Below are positions 37,441 to 50,600 of a stretch of 64,000 bases of DNA, one piece after another. The position numbers were made by a program, and so were the translations under genes. The notes under the pieces are model-generated. The model did not search any database, was not told where the DNA came from, and saw only the letters and a list, made by a program, of their open reading frames with translations. This DNA comes from Podarcis gaigeae (Eukaryota), in NCBI GenBank assembly GCA_964106915.2, contig OZ066918.1, one strand, 5' to 3'. Positions within the stretch are counted from its first letter, which is position 1; every line of letters begins with the position of its first letter.

Positions 37441-37824
37441 GACTAGGCGCTGCATCATATTCTGGATTAGTTGTAGTTTCCGGGTCACCTTCAAAGGTAG
37501 CCCCATGTAGGGCGCATTGCAGTAGTCCAAGCGGGAGATAACCAGAGCATGCACCCCTCTGGCGAGACAGTCCACGGGGAGGTAGGGTCTCAGCCTGCGT
37601 ACCAGGTGGAGTTGGTAGACAGCTGCCCTGGATACAGAATTGACCTGCGCCTCCATGGACAGCTGTGAGTCCAAAATGACTCCCAGGCTGTGCACCTGGT
37701 CCTTCAGGGGCACAGTTACCCCATTCAGCACCAGGGAGTCCTCCACACCAGCCCGCCTCCTGTCCCCCAAAAACAGTACTTCTGTCTTGTCAGGATTCAA
37801 CCTCAGTCCATTAGCCGCCATCCA
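37441..37824 (-). mobile_element. L2-clade LINE ORF2 fragment (C-terminal part of reverse transcriptase region)
   Basis: WMAANGLRLNPDKTEVL...LGVILDSQLSMEAQV...HALVISRLDYCN...GLPLKVTRKLQLIQN are typical L2 ORF2 motifs; the frame is still open. Confidence 0.9.
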
Positions 37825-39151
37825 AAAAGTTTGGGTTCTGCTCAAAAATCATTGCACAGATGAGTGTAATGTCATCCTGCAGGGAAAATTGAAATTTGAA
37901 AATGAAGTGCCTCTTCTGAAATTGGCCCACAATGCGAGAAGCATGTCAGCTGGGAGTTGAAAGGCATTATGGATCATTGATCCTGGAACCTGGAATAGCA
38001 CTCAGTTACTAGTGTGGTACTGAAGAGAAGCAAGATACTTGTGCATCTTCGCCCAAATATTGGTATACCAGGTAGGTGGGAGAGCTAGAAGTGGGAGAGC
38101 AAATTCTTTTTCTGGGGCAGCAAGAAATATCCAACCTTGGCAGAATGCCCGGTTTCCGCAAAACAAATTCCATCCACCAACTTATAAGAATACAAAAGTG
38201 TTCTTTCATGGCTAGAGTGAAGGCTTGAGAAGGGGTGGCCACCCAGTCTAGGAAAAAAGGATTCTTTTGCTGCCAAGAGTTTTCAGTCTTGTGCCTTGTG
38301 GGCTGCCTCAGCCTCACAAGCTCTCCCCAAAATGAAGACTTCTGACCGTAAATTGAATAACTGTGGCTGGCTCTTGCCCTCCTCTTGCCAACTCAATTCA
38401 TTACCAAACTCTGAAGGTCTCTGCTTCACCTGCTTTACTGCCTCATTTTCCAAAAGGGAAGTATTTGTTCTGAGTAGGAAAGAAGAAAGAAATAAATTTG
38501 GTTTCGTTTGCATTTTAATGTGAAACTAATTCACCCTTCTCAAACTAATGCACAAATGCATTTTGTGATTCAGTTTTCCAGCCAACATTTACAAAGATGC
38601 ATATATTGGCAGTAAGCGTGCATAAAAATGAATACATTTATGAAAATAACATACAAAAATGCCTTGTGTCAGGAAACTTCAAAAAAGTGTGCATTAGTCA
38701 AAAGGGCATTAAAAAAAGTTTTATTTGGATAAATTCACACTAAAATGCAGACAATGAGGATTTTTAAAAATTGCAAATTGCTGTGGAAATGTGGAGAACT
38801 GAGTGTAAGGTTGGAAAAATGAGAAACAAAGAGAATTGAAATTGACATTACTGATTACTAAGGAGCAGAAATCACGTTTCCCTGGCACTGTTTCCTTAGT
38901 TTACAAATACTGCTTGGGCATTGCTAAGCAATGAAAGAACCAATTTTATTCCATGTAACATGGGCAGTGTGGCACAACTGGTTTTCTCCTCCTGATACTG
39001 GAGACTAATACTGAACACACCCTGTAGGAAATATGCTTTTAAAAGCCTAAATATTGGCAGGACAATAGCTCCATTGATGAATATTTGCATAACAACCATA
39101 TCTCCCACTGCTCCCAAAGTGAAGTGACTCAAGACTTTAAGACGGGGGTAG

Positions 39152-39479
39152 TTAGGTCCAGCTGTGGCTGACTCTGGGGTTGTGGCACTCATCTCGCTTT
39201 ACTGGCCGAGGGAGCCAGCGTACAGCTTCCGGGTCATGTAGCCAGCATGACTAAGCCGCTTCTGGTGAACCAGAGCAGCGCACAGAAATGCCATTTACCT
39301 TCCTGCCACAGTGGTACCTATTTATCTACTTGCACTTTGATGTGCTTTCAAACTGCTAGGTTGGCAGGAGCAGAGACCGAACAATGGGAGCTCACCCCGT
39401 CGCAGGGATTCAAACCGCCAACCTTCTGATCGGCAAGCCCTAGGCTCTGTGGTTTAGACCACAGCGCCACCCACATCCC
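39152..39479 (-). mobile_element. Sauria SINE, near full length (3' tail missing)
   Basis: Reverse complement GGGATGTGGGTGGCGCTGTGGTCTAAACCACAGAGCCTAGGGCTTGCCGATCAGAAGGTT...; collinear with 58670-59007. Confidence 0.92.
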
Positions 39480-40459
39480 AGATAAGGGCTGTCCTATACC
39501 TGTAATTCTGGAGAACTGCTAATTGATGCAGACAATACTGAGCAAGGTGGACCAAATGGTTTGACTCGGTATAAGATGGCTTACTGTGTTCCTTAAGAAC
39601 TTTGAGTCTAGGAATTTGGTTGGAATATCAGAACTATTCTCCTGGTTCTCGAAAGCACTGGAATTTACCGCTCAAAGTGCTTTTATGCTAGTCAATAAAT
39701 TCTCCATTTGATCTGAGGTTCGCCAGATACTGACTCCGTCAACCCCTTTCCCTAGACTGTTTCTTGCCTTATCTCAAGGCTAATAGGCTTAAGCTGGGGT
39801 CAGTTGCAGCCCTTCGGCTCTTACCGCTGCACTGTTACTGGGGTGAACCCAAAAAACATGGGCACCTCTCCAGATGTGTGACTGCATGGTGTGCCAACAT
39901 GGTTTTAGAGCAAATTTAATCACACCAGGAGAAATTATTTTTTGAACAGAAGGCAATTTGTGTTTTCAGGCAGAAAATAAATCTCAATGCTTTTTTTTTT
40001 TTTAAGGACAATGTGATTGGTTAGGGAGAGGCACAAATTTATGCTAGTGGTTGGAGGGACTTTTTATTACTTTTGGGAAAGGTTTGGGACAGCAGACTCT
40101 TCCTTTCAACACCATCCAACTGGAACTGGAACAAAGATGTTGAGAAGCCTGGAGACAGACTGTTGCGATTTGGGTGTGGGATTCAAGCACATACCACCCA
40201 ATTCTGGTTGTGACAGTAGATCAGGAAGACTTGCACAACTAACCCACTTTCCCAAAATATCAGATTTTTGGGAAATATGGAAAGTAATGAGGAAATGCAC
40301 TGGAAACTATGGAAAGTGTTTGATGCAACATTGTCTAAACACTCCCTGCAACCAGATGGAGATGAATGCTCACTAACAAGTCAGCATTGTCTAGCTGCTC
40401 TGTGAACAAATGAATCAGGATAAGTGCTCAATCAACAGCTCACTTAGAAGCACCTCAAG

Positions 40460-40790
40460 TTTTATGAGGAATGGCTGAAGGAACTGGCCATGCTTAGCCT
40501 GAAGAAAGCACAATTAAGAAGTAATATGAAAGCCACCTTCAAATAGATGAAGCCAAGTTTGTCTTCTGTTGCTGCACATTGTAGGGATAGGAACCAAAAC
40601 CAATGGGTTCAACTTAATGAGTGGATTTAGACCACACATTACTAAATATTGCCTGGTGGTATGAACTGTTCAACACCATTGGAAAGCAATGAACTTTCCT
40701 TAGTTAGAGATTTTAGTTAGAGTCCACCTAGCAGTGGACTTCCCCAGTCAGCAAGGAGTTAAACTACATCCCCCACTTGAAATCTCTCTG
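40460..40790 (+). mobile_element. Old CR1 LINE 3' fragment
   Basis: tatgaggaatggctgaaggaactggccatgcttagcctgaagaaa translates YEEWLKELAMLSLKK, like the CR1 ORF2 C-terminal YEERLKELGxFSLEKRR; decayed. Confidence 0.7.
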
Positions 40791-41580
40791 AAATCTGTGA
40801 GGCTATATAGACTCAAGATGCATTGCTACCTCATCCTCCTCTAGCACCCGACATGAAATTCTGAAAGAAAAGGATTCCATTCTATGTTCTCCATTTAGGG
40901 CAGGAAGTCCACATGTTGCTGGACTCTCAACTTCCATCAGCCCCAGCATAGGCTCATTGAAATGAATGAACATGGCTAAGGTAGCCAATTAATTTTGATG
41001 GATCTACTCTAAACAAGGCTGAATTGAATACCACCCTTCAGCTCTACAATGGCCCTTATTGTTATACATTTCTAATGTGCTAATCCCTTCTCCTACAACC
41101 AGTTATCCAGGTACAGAGAGAGTTAATATTGCCCTGGGCAGCTGCCAATGCTGGAAGGTCCTAGCGCCCCAGGTTCTGAACTATGTCTCTCTTTCTCAAA
41201 TAAGCGAAGCGAATCACATCAACCATCATGTGATTGAGCACTGCCTCTAAGAGCTTAATGAAGCAGAGCTTTTCTTCCATCTCTTGCATCTTTCTCTCCC
41301 TATCTTCCTTTTACTGCCTTGGCCCATGTGCTTGTGGTTTTTTCTGTCCGTCATTTGGCAAGTTGGTGGGGGGTGGGGAGATGTGTGTCTGCGTCTCCGT
41401 AGCTTGAGCCTCCAGAGGGTCTTACAGCATCAAGTATTACTTTGCTGAGTTTTTCATCTCTCCTGGACAATCCCATCATGGGTCACTGAAATGAGCAAGT
41501 GGATCTCAGCCAGGCAACTTCACTTCTTCCTGCTGAACCTTCACTGTATTGTCTGGACATAAAAGACAGAGATTGCCCAA

Positions 41581-41625
41581 ATGGACAACAACCTGCGTTT
41601 TGACTTCCACAGAAAGATCACTGGG
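41581..41625 (+). CDS. SLC2A15: SLC2A15-like first coding exon, 45 nt
   Basis: ATG GAC AAC...ACT GGG|gtaagt (consensus donor); [15 protein letters not shown]. Phase 0 matches the next exon, and there is an in-frame upstream TAA at 41560-41562. Confidence 0.7.
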
Positions 41626-44600
41626 GTAAGTGTGGGTTGATGGTTTTTTTGGAGCTTTCTATATGCCACAAAGGTTATCTCCCTTAAGCCTGGCGTGCTG
41701 CAGTGCCCAGCATTCCTTAAGGGATTAGCTGGGATTTTAATTGCACACGACTTGAGAAGGCTGGCCAAGACTATAATCTCAGCTACTGTACTCTGGGATA
41801 TGTGGAGTGACAGTTTCCAGCTTCCCAGGGTATGGGGCTTGCTGTGCTGGCCTAAGGAATCCGGGCCAAAACTGGGGTGAGGAACTCAGTCCAGAAAGAC
41901 CTTTCTAAGCCTAGTAAGCTTTAGATCAGGCATCTCCAACCTGCAGTCCTCCAGATGTTTTGGCCTCCAACTCCCATGATCCCTAGCTAACAGGACCAGT
42001 GGTCAGGGATGACGGGAACTGTAGTCCAAAACATCTGGAGGGCCGAAGCTTGGGGGTGCCTGCTTTAGATCTTTCCAGCTGCAGATGCTACTGGGCTGGG
42101 GGGGGAGGAAGGGTACTGGAAGTGGTGCTGTCTAGCTCCTTATAAAATAATGTTTCAGCTGGGGTGCTTTGCAGCCACCATTTCACTTGTGTCTGTTGCA
42201 TGTTTTCCTGTTTATGAGAATGAGGCTTAATCATTCCTGCTCTAAGGTTGCCTCCTGGCTATGTAGTTTTTATTTCATTTTCTTTGGGTTTGCAGATCAT
42301 TGGTGATCTGTATATGTTATTAAGTTATTGCCATATGCTAATGAGTTGTGGCAAGGCTCCTCCCCCCTCAAAAAATAACTACACTGGTACCTCGGTTTAA
42401 GAACAGCCTTGTTTATGAACTATTCCGAATATGAACACCACAAAGCTGGAACTAGTGTTCCACTTAGCAAAGTTTACCTCGGTCTACGAACGGAAGCTGA
42501 ACGGTGGAAGGGCACCAGCAGTGGGAGGCCTCATTAGGGAAAGCGCGCCTCAGTTTAAGAACGGCTTTGGTTTAAGAATGGACTTCCGGAACAGATTAAG
42601 TTCGTAAACCAACATACCACTGTATTAAGGGACCAATCCTGGTTACTTTCAGCATTTGAATGCCTACATCTTTCCACAGAGAAAAATACTAGACTGCAAA
42701 GGACTTTCAAGTCAACATAGGCAGAATAGGAAGAAATGGCTGACAGTAAATGCTGGGCCAGTTTCAGTTTAGAAATCATGTTCCCCTGAGCCTAGAATGT
42801 TGAAAAGTCCTGCCTGTCTACAGTTCAGAAGAAAATAATCTGTACATTTTCCACAGTCATAGGGAGTAATACTGAATTATCATTTCAGCTCAGGCAGGTT
42901 CTATAATGGCCAGGGTTCTGTGTCTCAGAACACGAGGCACACAGAGCAAAGTGAGCCAGGAATGACAGCATGAGTGTGGCAGGTCCAGTCCCTGGCATCT
43001 CCTGGTAGGGCTGGGAATGTCCCCTGCCTACAACCCTGGAGAACCACTACCAGTCAGCAGTGGTGTAGCACTGGTTGCTGGCACCCAGAGTACGTGCCAG
43101 CCCAGCCCTTGCCATTGGAACAACCCCACCCACATTGGAGCAAAATGGGGCTGCACTGAGCTGCTCGCTTGTCCACACTGGCGGGAGCCTGGCCAGCTAC
43201 TGCAGCCCTTGGTGGGTGGAGAGGAGCATTGGGCTGCACCATTCTGGGGTCACCTGCATAGGGGCGCCTGGTTCATTCCACCTCCAGAATTGTGCACCCA
43301 GAGCCACAGCTCCCCTGGCACTCACCATGCTATGCCCCTGCCAGCCAGGGTAGTTAATGCTGAGCTAGATGAATAGATAATGCAGCTTCCAACGTTCCGT
43401 TTAACAGCATAGTGAGCTTGACGTTCTTGTATGGTGCCATGTTGGAAGAAGTGGCAGTAAACAGGGATGTTGAACCAGAGCATCGCTTTCCCATCTGTCC
43501 ACCACACCATGTGCCCCTTTGGCTTCTCCCTCATTCACTCTGTGAGAGATGCATGATGTTGTAAACACAGAAACAACTCCAAACTCTCTCCTTAATGGCT
43601 TAGCTGCCCTCCTCTCTCATATGCCACAGAGAAGGATAATGGGAGGAACCACTTGAAGGTCCATAGGAGAATGCTCTGCTATCCATTCAGAAGGTCCCAG
43701 CTTCAATTTCCAGCATCTCCAGGAAGGACCAAGAGACTCCTGCCTAAAAACTTGGAAAGTCACTGAGTATCAGTGTTGGCAATACTGAGGTGGATGGTCT
43801 TGATAGCAGTGGAGGTTGGTCCATTGGGGTTACTGGAGTGCTGTCCCACCAACCTCAGTCTGCTCTCAGTTGGCCCTCAATTGCCTGCCTCCTTACTTGA
43901 AACCAGCTCAAGGGGTGGCACTGGCTGTCAGCCTCCTCCTCCCTGGTCTCAGCACTTGCAGAACTCAGCAGGGAAAAGGAAAGGGGCAACAATTAGTTTG
44001 TTCTGGCTCCACCTTCTGTCGGGCTCTCTGCCCTCTACCCCACCAGTCCCAATGGGCACCAGGCAACTTCTGATGCTCCACTGTAGGATTACAGCCATTT
44101 CCTCCACTCATTTCTCTGCCTGATTCTTAAAAAAGGGACACTGCTGCTACCATCTGCCTGGTCTATTTTGGGTGAGCTAAGCTAGGGAATCCCAGCCAGT
44201 TATTCCAGTACATATAAAATACATTTCACCAGCATATCTCTATATGTGGAAATTCTGGGGAACCCACCTCCTCTTTTGGTAGCTGTAAAAATTCTCTTCT
44301 TGTTGCTACTATGGTTGTTCCAGGTTAAGCTTCCTGTATACCAGTATTGCAAGGCTGTGCTTTTTGTTACTCTGCTATTTTGCGGGGGCAATGTGTGCTC
44401 TTCTGTATTGTCCAATTGCTTCACTTTCAATAATGAGTGTTTATGGATTCATCTCATTTTGCTGTCTGTGCCTAGCCACCTTGAATTATTTTTGTGATAG
44501 AAAGTCAGTATTGCAAATATTTTAATAATAATAAACCTTTAAGAGTCTGGTTGATAAACTCTTGTGCAAAAATAAGAAAAGATTCCTTGGCATTCACATC

Positions 44601-47600
44601 TGACCTCAGATAATTTATTATGCCTTCCCATGATATTCTTACCCTAAATAAGTGTCACAATCTGGGCCTGCATTCACCATGATTTGATTTCTAAAGTCCT
44701 ACCAGCTTCCATTTTCTCTGGAATCCACATTCCCTTACAGGACCTACCTGGGCTAGCAAAGCTGGAAGTATTTTTAAGATCCCTTTATGGATCTGTTTCT
44801 GTGACAAATGAGAGATTTCCTCCCTCTACCACACTTCCTGCTAGCTAATTATGGCCCTGTTGCCCTTAATTACAGTACCATGAATTGTTCTAAAGAATCC
44901 TCCCCCCAAGGAACCCACCCATTTTTCAGTAGACTAGCTTGCGACAATTTTATTACTTTCCATGATGGGTTTCTTTTTCATGTTGTTTTGCTACGTTTAT
45001 TAGACACTCAATAGCTTGTATTCTCTGGATACAATACAAGACTTACAAAATCCACATAGTAGCAAAAGCTTATCTGATAGGCTTTCACATGCTCTGTCTG
45101 TGCAACATTAATTGGTTCCAGTCCTTAATGGGTGTGGTTAGAAGCCTTTGTTGATTGTAAAAGTTTCTCTGTTAAACTATCCTGGGGAGTCCAGTTCTCT
45201 CTCTTCCTGCTGGCTCTTCCGCAATACCTAGCGGAAGGAGGCTTCTGGCTGGAACTGCTCCAAACCACAGGCGGCCCACGAAATAATTCCTTGATGGCAC
45301 ATGATTCATAGGAATAGCTTAAAGAGATAGCCAAAGTGGTGCCCTCCAGATACTGCTGAACTACAGCTCCCATCATCCCTGGCCATTGGGCATAGTGCCT
45401 GGGGCTGGTGGGAGTTGTAGTATCCAGAGGGCACAATGTTGGCTTAAAGAAAACAGCGACTCCCTGATCCCCTTTTAATTGTGTGGTGCCGTTCTCTGTA
45501 CTCTGGAGAAAGTGCAGTCATAGGCAAATTTGGTAACAACTTTTTTATTTTCCGAATACCCTGTCATTCTGATTTCCTTCATGGTATGGTGGTAATAACC
45601 CTTCTGCTACCTTGAAATGCCACCCAAGAGGGGTACCGGGTCTTCCTCTCCCATGCAGCCAATGCTGGTGTCCTCCAGTGTAATTGCCTCACTAGCCACC
45701 ACTGGGGTGAAAGCTGCCTATGTTTATTTGTTATACAGTTTCCTCAGCGCTAGTTCGGCTTACCAGAAGTGTGTTCATGTGCAATGTCTTCCCATCAGTG
45801 GAGGCTGGCCCATTAAGACTCAGTCTGCCCTCAGTCAGCCCCCACTTGCTGCCTTCTTACTTAAAACCAGCCAGTGAGCAGCATTGCTTGTTAGCTGTTA
45901 TTCTTTGTAGAAATAAGGGAGGAGGAGAACAGAGACGAAACTATATTTAGCTAGCTCTGCCTGTCATAGCTCTGGCTCTGTTTCTTCCTTGGCCCCCTTG
46001 CCGTCTGCCCCTCTGGTCCCAAAGGGCACTGGCCACCACTGATTCTTATCAACTTCTTTTACCAGCTGAACAAATCATTCAGTAAATCTCACCGAGCTCC
46101 AGCACTTGGACAAACTTAGCTCTCACCAAACATGCTTAGCATTGTTTCTCTTTCTTTTCTTTTTGGGGAGTGGAGGGTTTTGTATGAGCATCTTTGCTGC
46201 CTTCTGCTACCTCTGGAATTTTGCACCAACTTTTGAACCACTGTTGTTATGTAGGTTCTATAGCAACTCTTGGTGGCAAAACAATGTCCCATGCTTGGTA
46301 TGTCTCATGACCTACTTCCACCTCCTCCTTATCTGACATGTATTCTTGTCCTTCCTAGCACCTCACCTTCCCTCTGCTGGCTGTCACACTGCTGTCATCG
46401 TTTGGGTCTTCCATGCTGTATGGCTACAATTTGGCTGTAGTGAACTCTCCAGCAGCGGTAAGATTCAGACAGAAAGTGCAAACACTGACCACCATAGAGC
46501 CTTCCATCCTCTGCTGAGCTAGAATGCCCCTCTCTCTACTTCCTGGCCTGATACACCATGTTGAACTTTCTGTTTCTCCCAGGACCTCACTTGGGTTAAT
46601 ACTGTTTCCCACAGACATCACAAGACTTGAAATAACCTGTGGTTAAAATCTGATGATGGTGAACACAGATCTAGAACTCTCACAATTTTATTGCATGTTG
46701 TGTCTTCCTCCACTGCAGCACATCAAAGCCTTCTATAACACAACATGGTTTCGCCGCTATGGAGTGGGCCTGGCTCCAGCACGGCTCACTCTCATGTACT
46801 CACTGACTGTCTCGGTCTTTGCCCTGGGAGGCTTGGTGGGATCCCTGCCTGTGGGAGTACTGGTAACCCAATATGGAAGGTAAGGGCACGGCCAATAACA
46901 GTGAATTTCCAATTCATAGCCAAGATGTGTTGACAGATACACCACCCATTCAATGTGGAGGGAAGCGAGGATGACTGGCACTGAGTTCCACATAGCTGAG
47001 CACCCACATCCCTCTGGCTAACCCCTAATCCTGCTGCAATTGCTCCTTGCCACTATTGCCTGCTCTCCTGTCCCTTCTAAGCCAATGAGCAGTGACAAAA
47101 GAGGAAAGAGAAAGAGCAAAAGAAGAAGCCTTAGACCACATTGACCCATCTCCCACTGGACAGGTGTATGGACTGTGGCCAAAGAGAAGGTATAAGCAAA
47201 AGTGCAGTAGCAACAGCAGTGAGGAGGTACATAGGTCTTCTCTGAGAGGAGGCCCATAGAAGGTATCATGCCCAAGTCCCCCCACAAATGTTACAAAACA
47301 CACATTAATCCCCGTGGAGTTTAGACAGCAGGAATGTACTACTACATAACCCCGTTCCATTTTGGCATGCAAGCCAGAAACTGCCTCTCTCTTCCCATTG
47401 AAAGCTGCAGCACCCATGGATGTGACCAATTCATTAGCCTTCAACCTCATGACCATTAAGGACAGCGCTAAAATTGAGCTGGATAATGTGATCAAGGCAG
47501 GAGTGATTCTAGAATTCAAACAATTAAAAGATCAAAGAGGATACAACAGTGCAAGATACTGGCTAGACTGACTTTTGGCTACACATGTGAGACATTGGAT

Positions 47601-50600
47601 GCTGCCTAATTCCATCCAGCTCAGTTTTGTCTACACTGCCTGCAGCACAGGCTTCAGGCAAGGGTCACTCCCCATCTCTTACCAGGAGATGCTGGGAACT
47701 GAACCTGTGATTCTCTGAAGGCAAAGATAGACGATAGGTATAAAAACTGTCAGTTAATTTATGGTCCTCTTTGACATCTCAGTTGAGACATGTTCTTTAA
47801 ATGTATTTATTTTTTTAGGGCATCAGGAATGAACTGAATCACTTGGAAGCACGATTATTCTTCACCGTGGGTTGTTCTGAATATGTTTTAAGCTGACACT
47901 TTAACTGTCCCTGAAGCTCATTGGAAACATATTTTGTTAAAGAGGGTGTATAAATAATAGAAAGAAATGTAGAACAGTTGTGTCAGCTGGGATAACGCTA
48001 TGATTGTCAAAACAGAGCTACTCCTTATGCCTGCCTCTCAACTCACATCCCAAATTTAATTTGAGTTGAGGCTACCTGCCAAATCTCAACTCTACCATCA
48101 GAACAATTTCCATATGCTCTAGCAAACAACCGTGTCTCCATTTAAACTCTGGATATCACAACAATTCATCCAGATGAAAGGTTGCTCAGTGATCATCTAC
48201 ATCAGGGATGGAGAATCTGTGGCCCTCCAGACATTGCTGGACTCTAAGTTCCATCAGCCTCAGTCAGCATAGCCAATGGCTAGGGATGCTGGAAGTTATA
48301 GTTTAGTAATGTCTGAAGGGCCATCTCTGATCCACACCCCATTTGGCTAGTCAGTCCACGTCTGGCTACAGGCCTTAGGATCTGGCAAAGCAATTCTAAT
48401 GGGGAAAGGAGTTAGAAGCACCAAGGAAGGGGGCAGAGGGGCAATTATGGGGATGCCAGATGGGCATTTTGTTGCAACAGAAAGCAGAGTGTTCAGCAGG
48501 GCTGGCCCAAGATATTTTGGCACCTGAGGTGAACCAGAAAATGACGCCTCTCTCCCTGGTAGGGAAGAATGGGTGAGTGAATATCTACCTCAGTAGCAAG
48601 GAAATAAGATCTACATCGGGATCAGCTGCCCCTATGGATCCTGCCATGGTGCCACTTGAGGCAGTCACCTCACCTTGCCTCATGAGTGAGCCAGCCTTGG
48701 ACCTCAGGGAGTGGGGATGGAACAAAATGTTTTATTTGGAACTTTTTGTAATCAAAGAGGTTGGATGACCATCTGTCATGTATGTTCTAGTTGAGATTCC
48801 TGCATTGCAGGGGATTGGATTAGATGACCCTCTGTTCCCTTCTACCGCTACAATTCTATGGTTCCATGATTCAATGAAACCATCTAAAATAAATGACCTC
48901 TCTACCAGGAATGGTACCTTGGTCCGTAGCAACGTCCTCGTCTTCCTGGCTGGCATGTTAATGGGATTCAGTCGCTACTTGGAATCACCTGAAATGGTCA
49001 TATTCGGACGCTTCATAACCGGCGTTCACTCTGGTAAGAGAAATGTCTCTGCCCAGACTTCCTCACTTTGTGTGTGGGTCTCCTCCTTCTCTAGTGTAGT
49101 TCCTTCTCCTCTAGGGTCCAGGTAATGCACAGCCACTGAAAACTACATATTCATCTCAAAAAGCATATCTGTACTGTATATATAGATTATTAGAGCCACT
49201 GCTGCCTCTCTTGCTCATGACATTCCACACTGATTTGGAAAGCAAAAGAACATGCTTTTTAATTTAGAGAGTTGGAAATGAGTTACCACCTACAGTGAGT
49301 GAGTGGGAACATTCACAAATTATTGAATGTGGATTCATTGCATGCACTTTCTGAATTAGGCCACTGCCCATAAAATCTCGTTCCACAATAAACTAATTGC
49401 TAAGATGACACATTATTCTGCAACAGAACTTATATGACTACTTTGTGGGAAGTTAATATAGATTTAGTTGTTCCTGAAGGTATTAACCCTTAGATATCTG
49501 AGGCTGCTGGCTGATTGCCATGTCATTCACCACCTTCCTTCCCTTCCCTTTTCTTTCCTCTTCCTACCAGGGATCTGTCTCAGTGTGGTGCCCATGTACC
49601 TGGGAGAAATTGCCCCTAAGAACCTGCGTGGATTCTTGGGCCTTGTACCAAGCATTTTCATCTGTCTGGGGGTCTTCTCTGCCCAAGTCCTGGGCCTTCC
49701 AGAGCTGCTGGGAGAGGTAAATGCCCTGGCCTGCCACTCTCTGCATAGAATGCCCAGGCCTGCTAGCTTTGTTACTGTCAGAATGTAAACTGATGACAGG
49801 ATGGGAAGGGCACCACTGGGAGCAGCTGGGAGTCCTAGAAGAGTGTGCTAGCAAAAGGTGGTGTAGTAATGAACATGTTGGACTTTGGATGGGGAGACAT
49901 GAACTTACAGACATGAAGTTCACTGAATCACCTAAGGCAAATCACTGTGTGAGTCTAGCCTACCTAACAGACTTGCCCTCCAATCCTCAAGCTCACACTG
50001 TTGCTAAATACCACTCTAGCAGATGACACCATCACCCCTGCTGTCAAAAAGAGCAACACAGCTGCATTTCATTCCACTGCCCCCATTTCTCCTACTAGTT
50101 TAGAAAAGGCAGACGGGCTTTTGCCATCTTGAATCCAAACATGTTTTTTTAATGCACTTCCCACTTCTTCATGTGGTGAGAAGTTCTAGGATAATGACTT
50201 ATTCATCTTTTATTCTCTTTGGGAAGAAGAGATGGATGGCGAGTTAATATGTTTCTGCTATATTGATTTACAAATATTCAAGTTGACCATAGATGAAGGT
50301 GAACATGGGGCATAGATGGAGGGCTTCCCCTCCCAGAGGTGTCTCCAGTTATTTCCTAGCCATTCCCAGCCATTTTAGCTCTAATTTCCCTAACAGAAGA
50401 TGTGCCTGCTGGTATGCTTGGCCTCTTGGCCATTAAGGAACCTTAAGAACTCATTCTGCCTCCTTTAACATTCACAAATGCTAATCCCCACAGCAGAAAT
50501 CAGATAACAAGACCATAACAATGTTGTAAGAAATCTGGCCATTATACAGGAGAAAAGGTCTCTGCCATAGAGAAAAGAGGAGGCATCAGGGATTATGTTG

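Noticed and set aside
41558-41564. CATAAAA as a TATA box
   Set aside because: Only 16 nt before the ATG, so the TSS would fall inside the coding sequence.
47025-47519. 164-aa minus-strand ORF (also 63461-63919, 152 aa)
   Set aside because: No domain signature; intronic or repeat-derived; no supporting splice structure.
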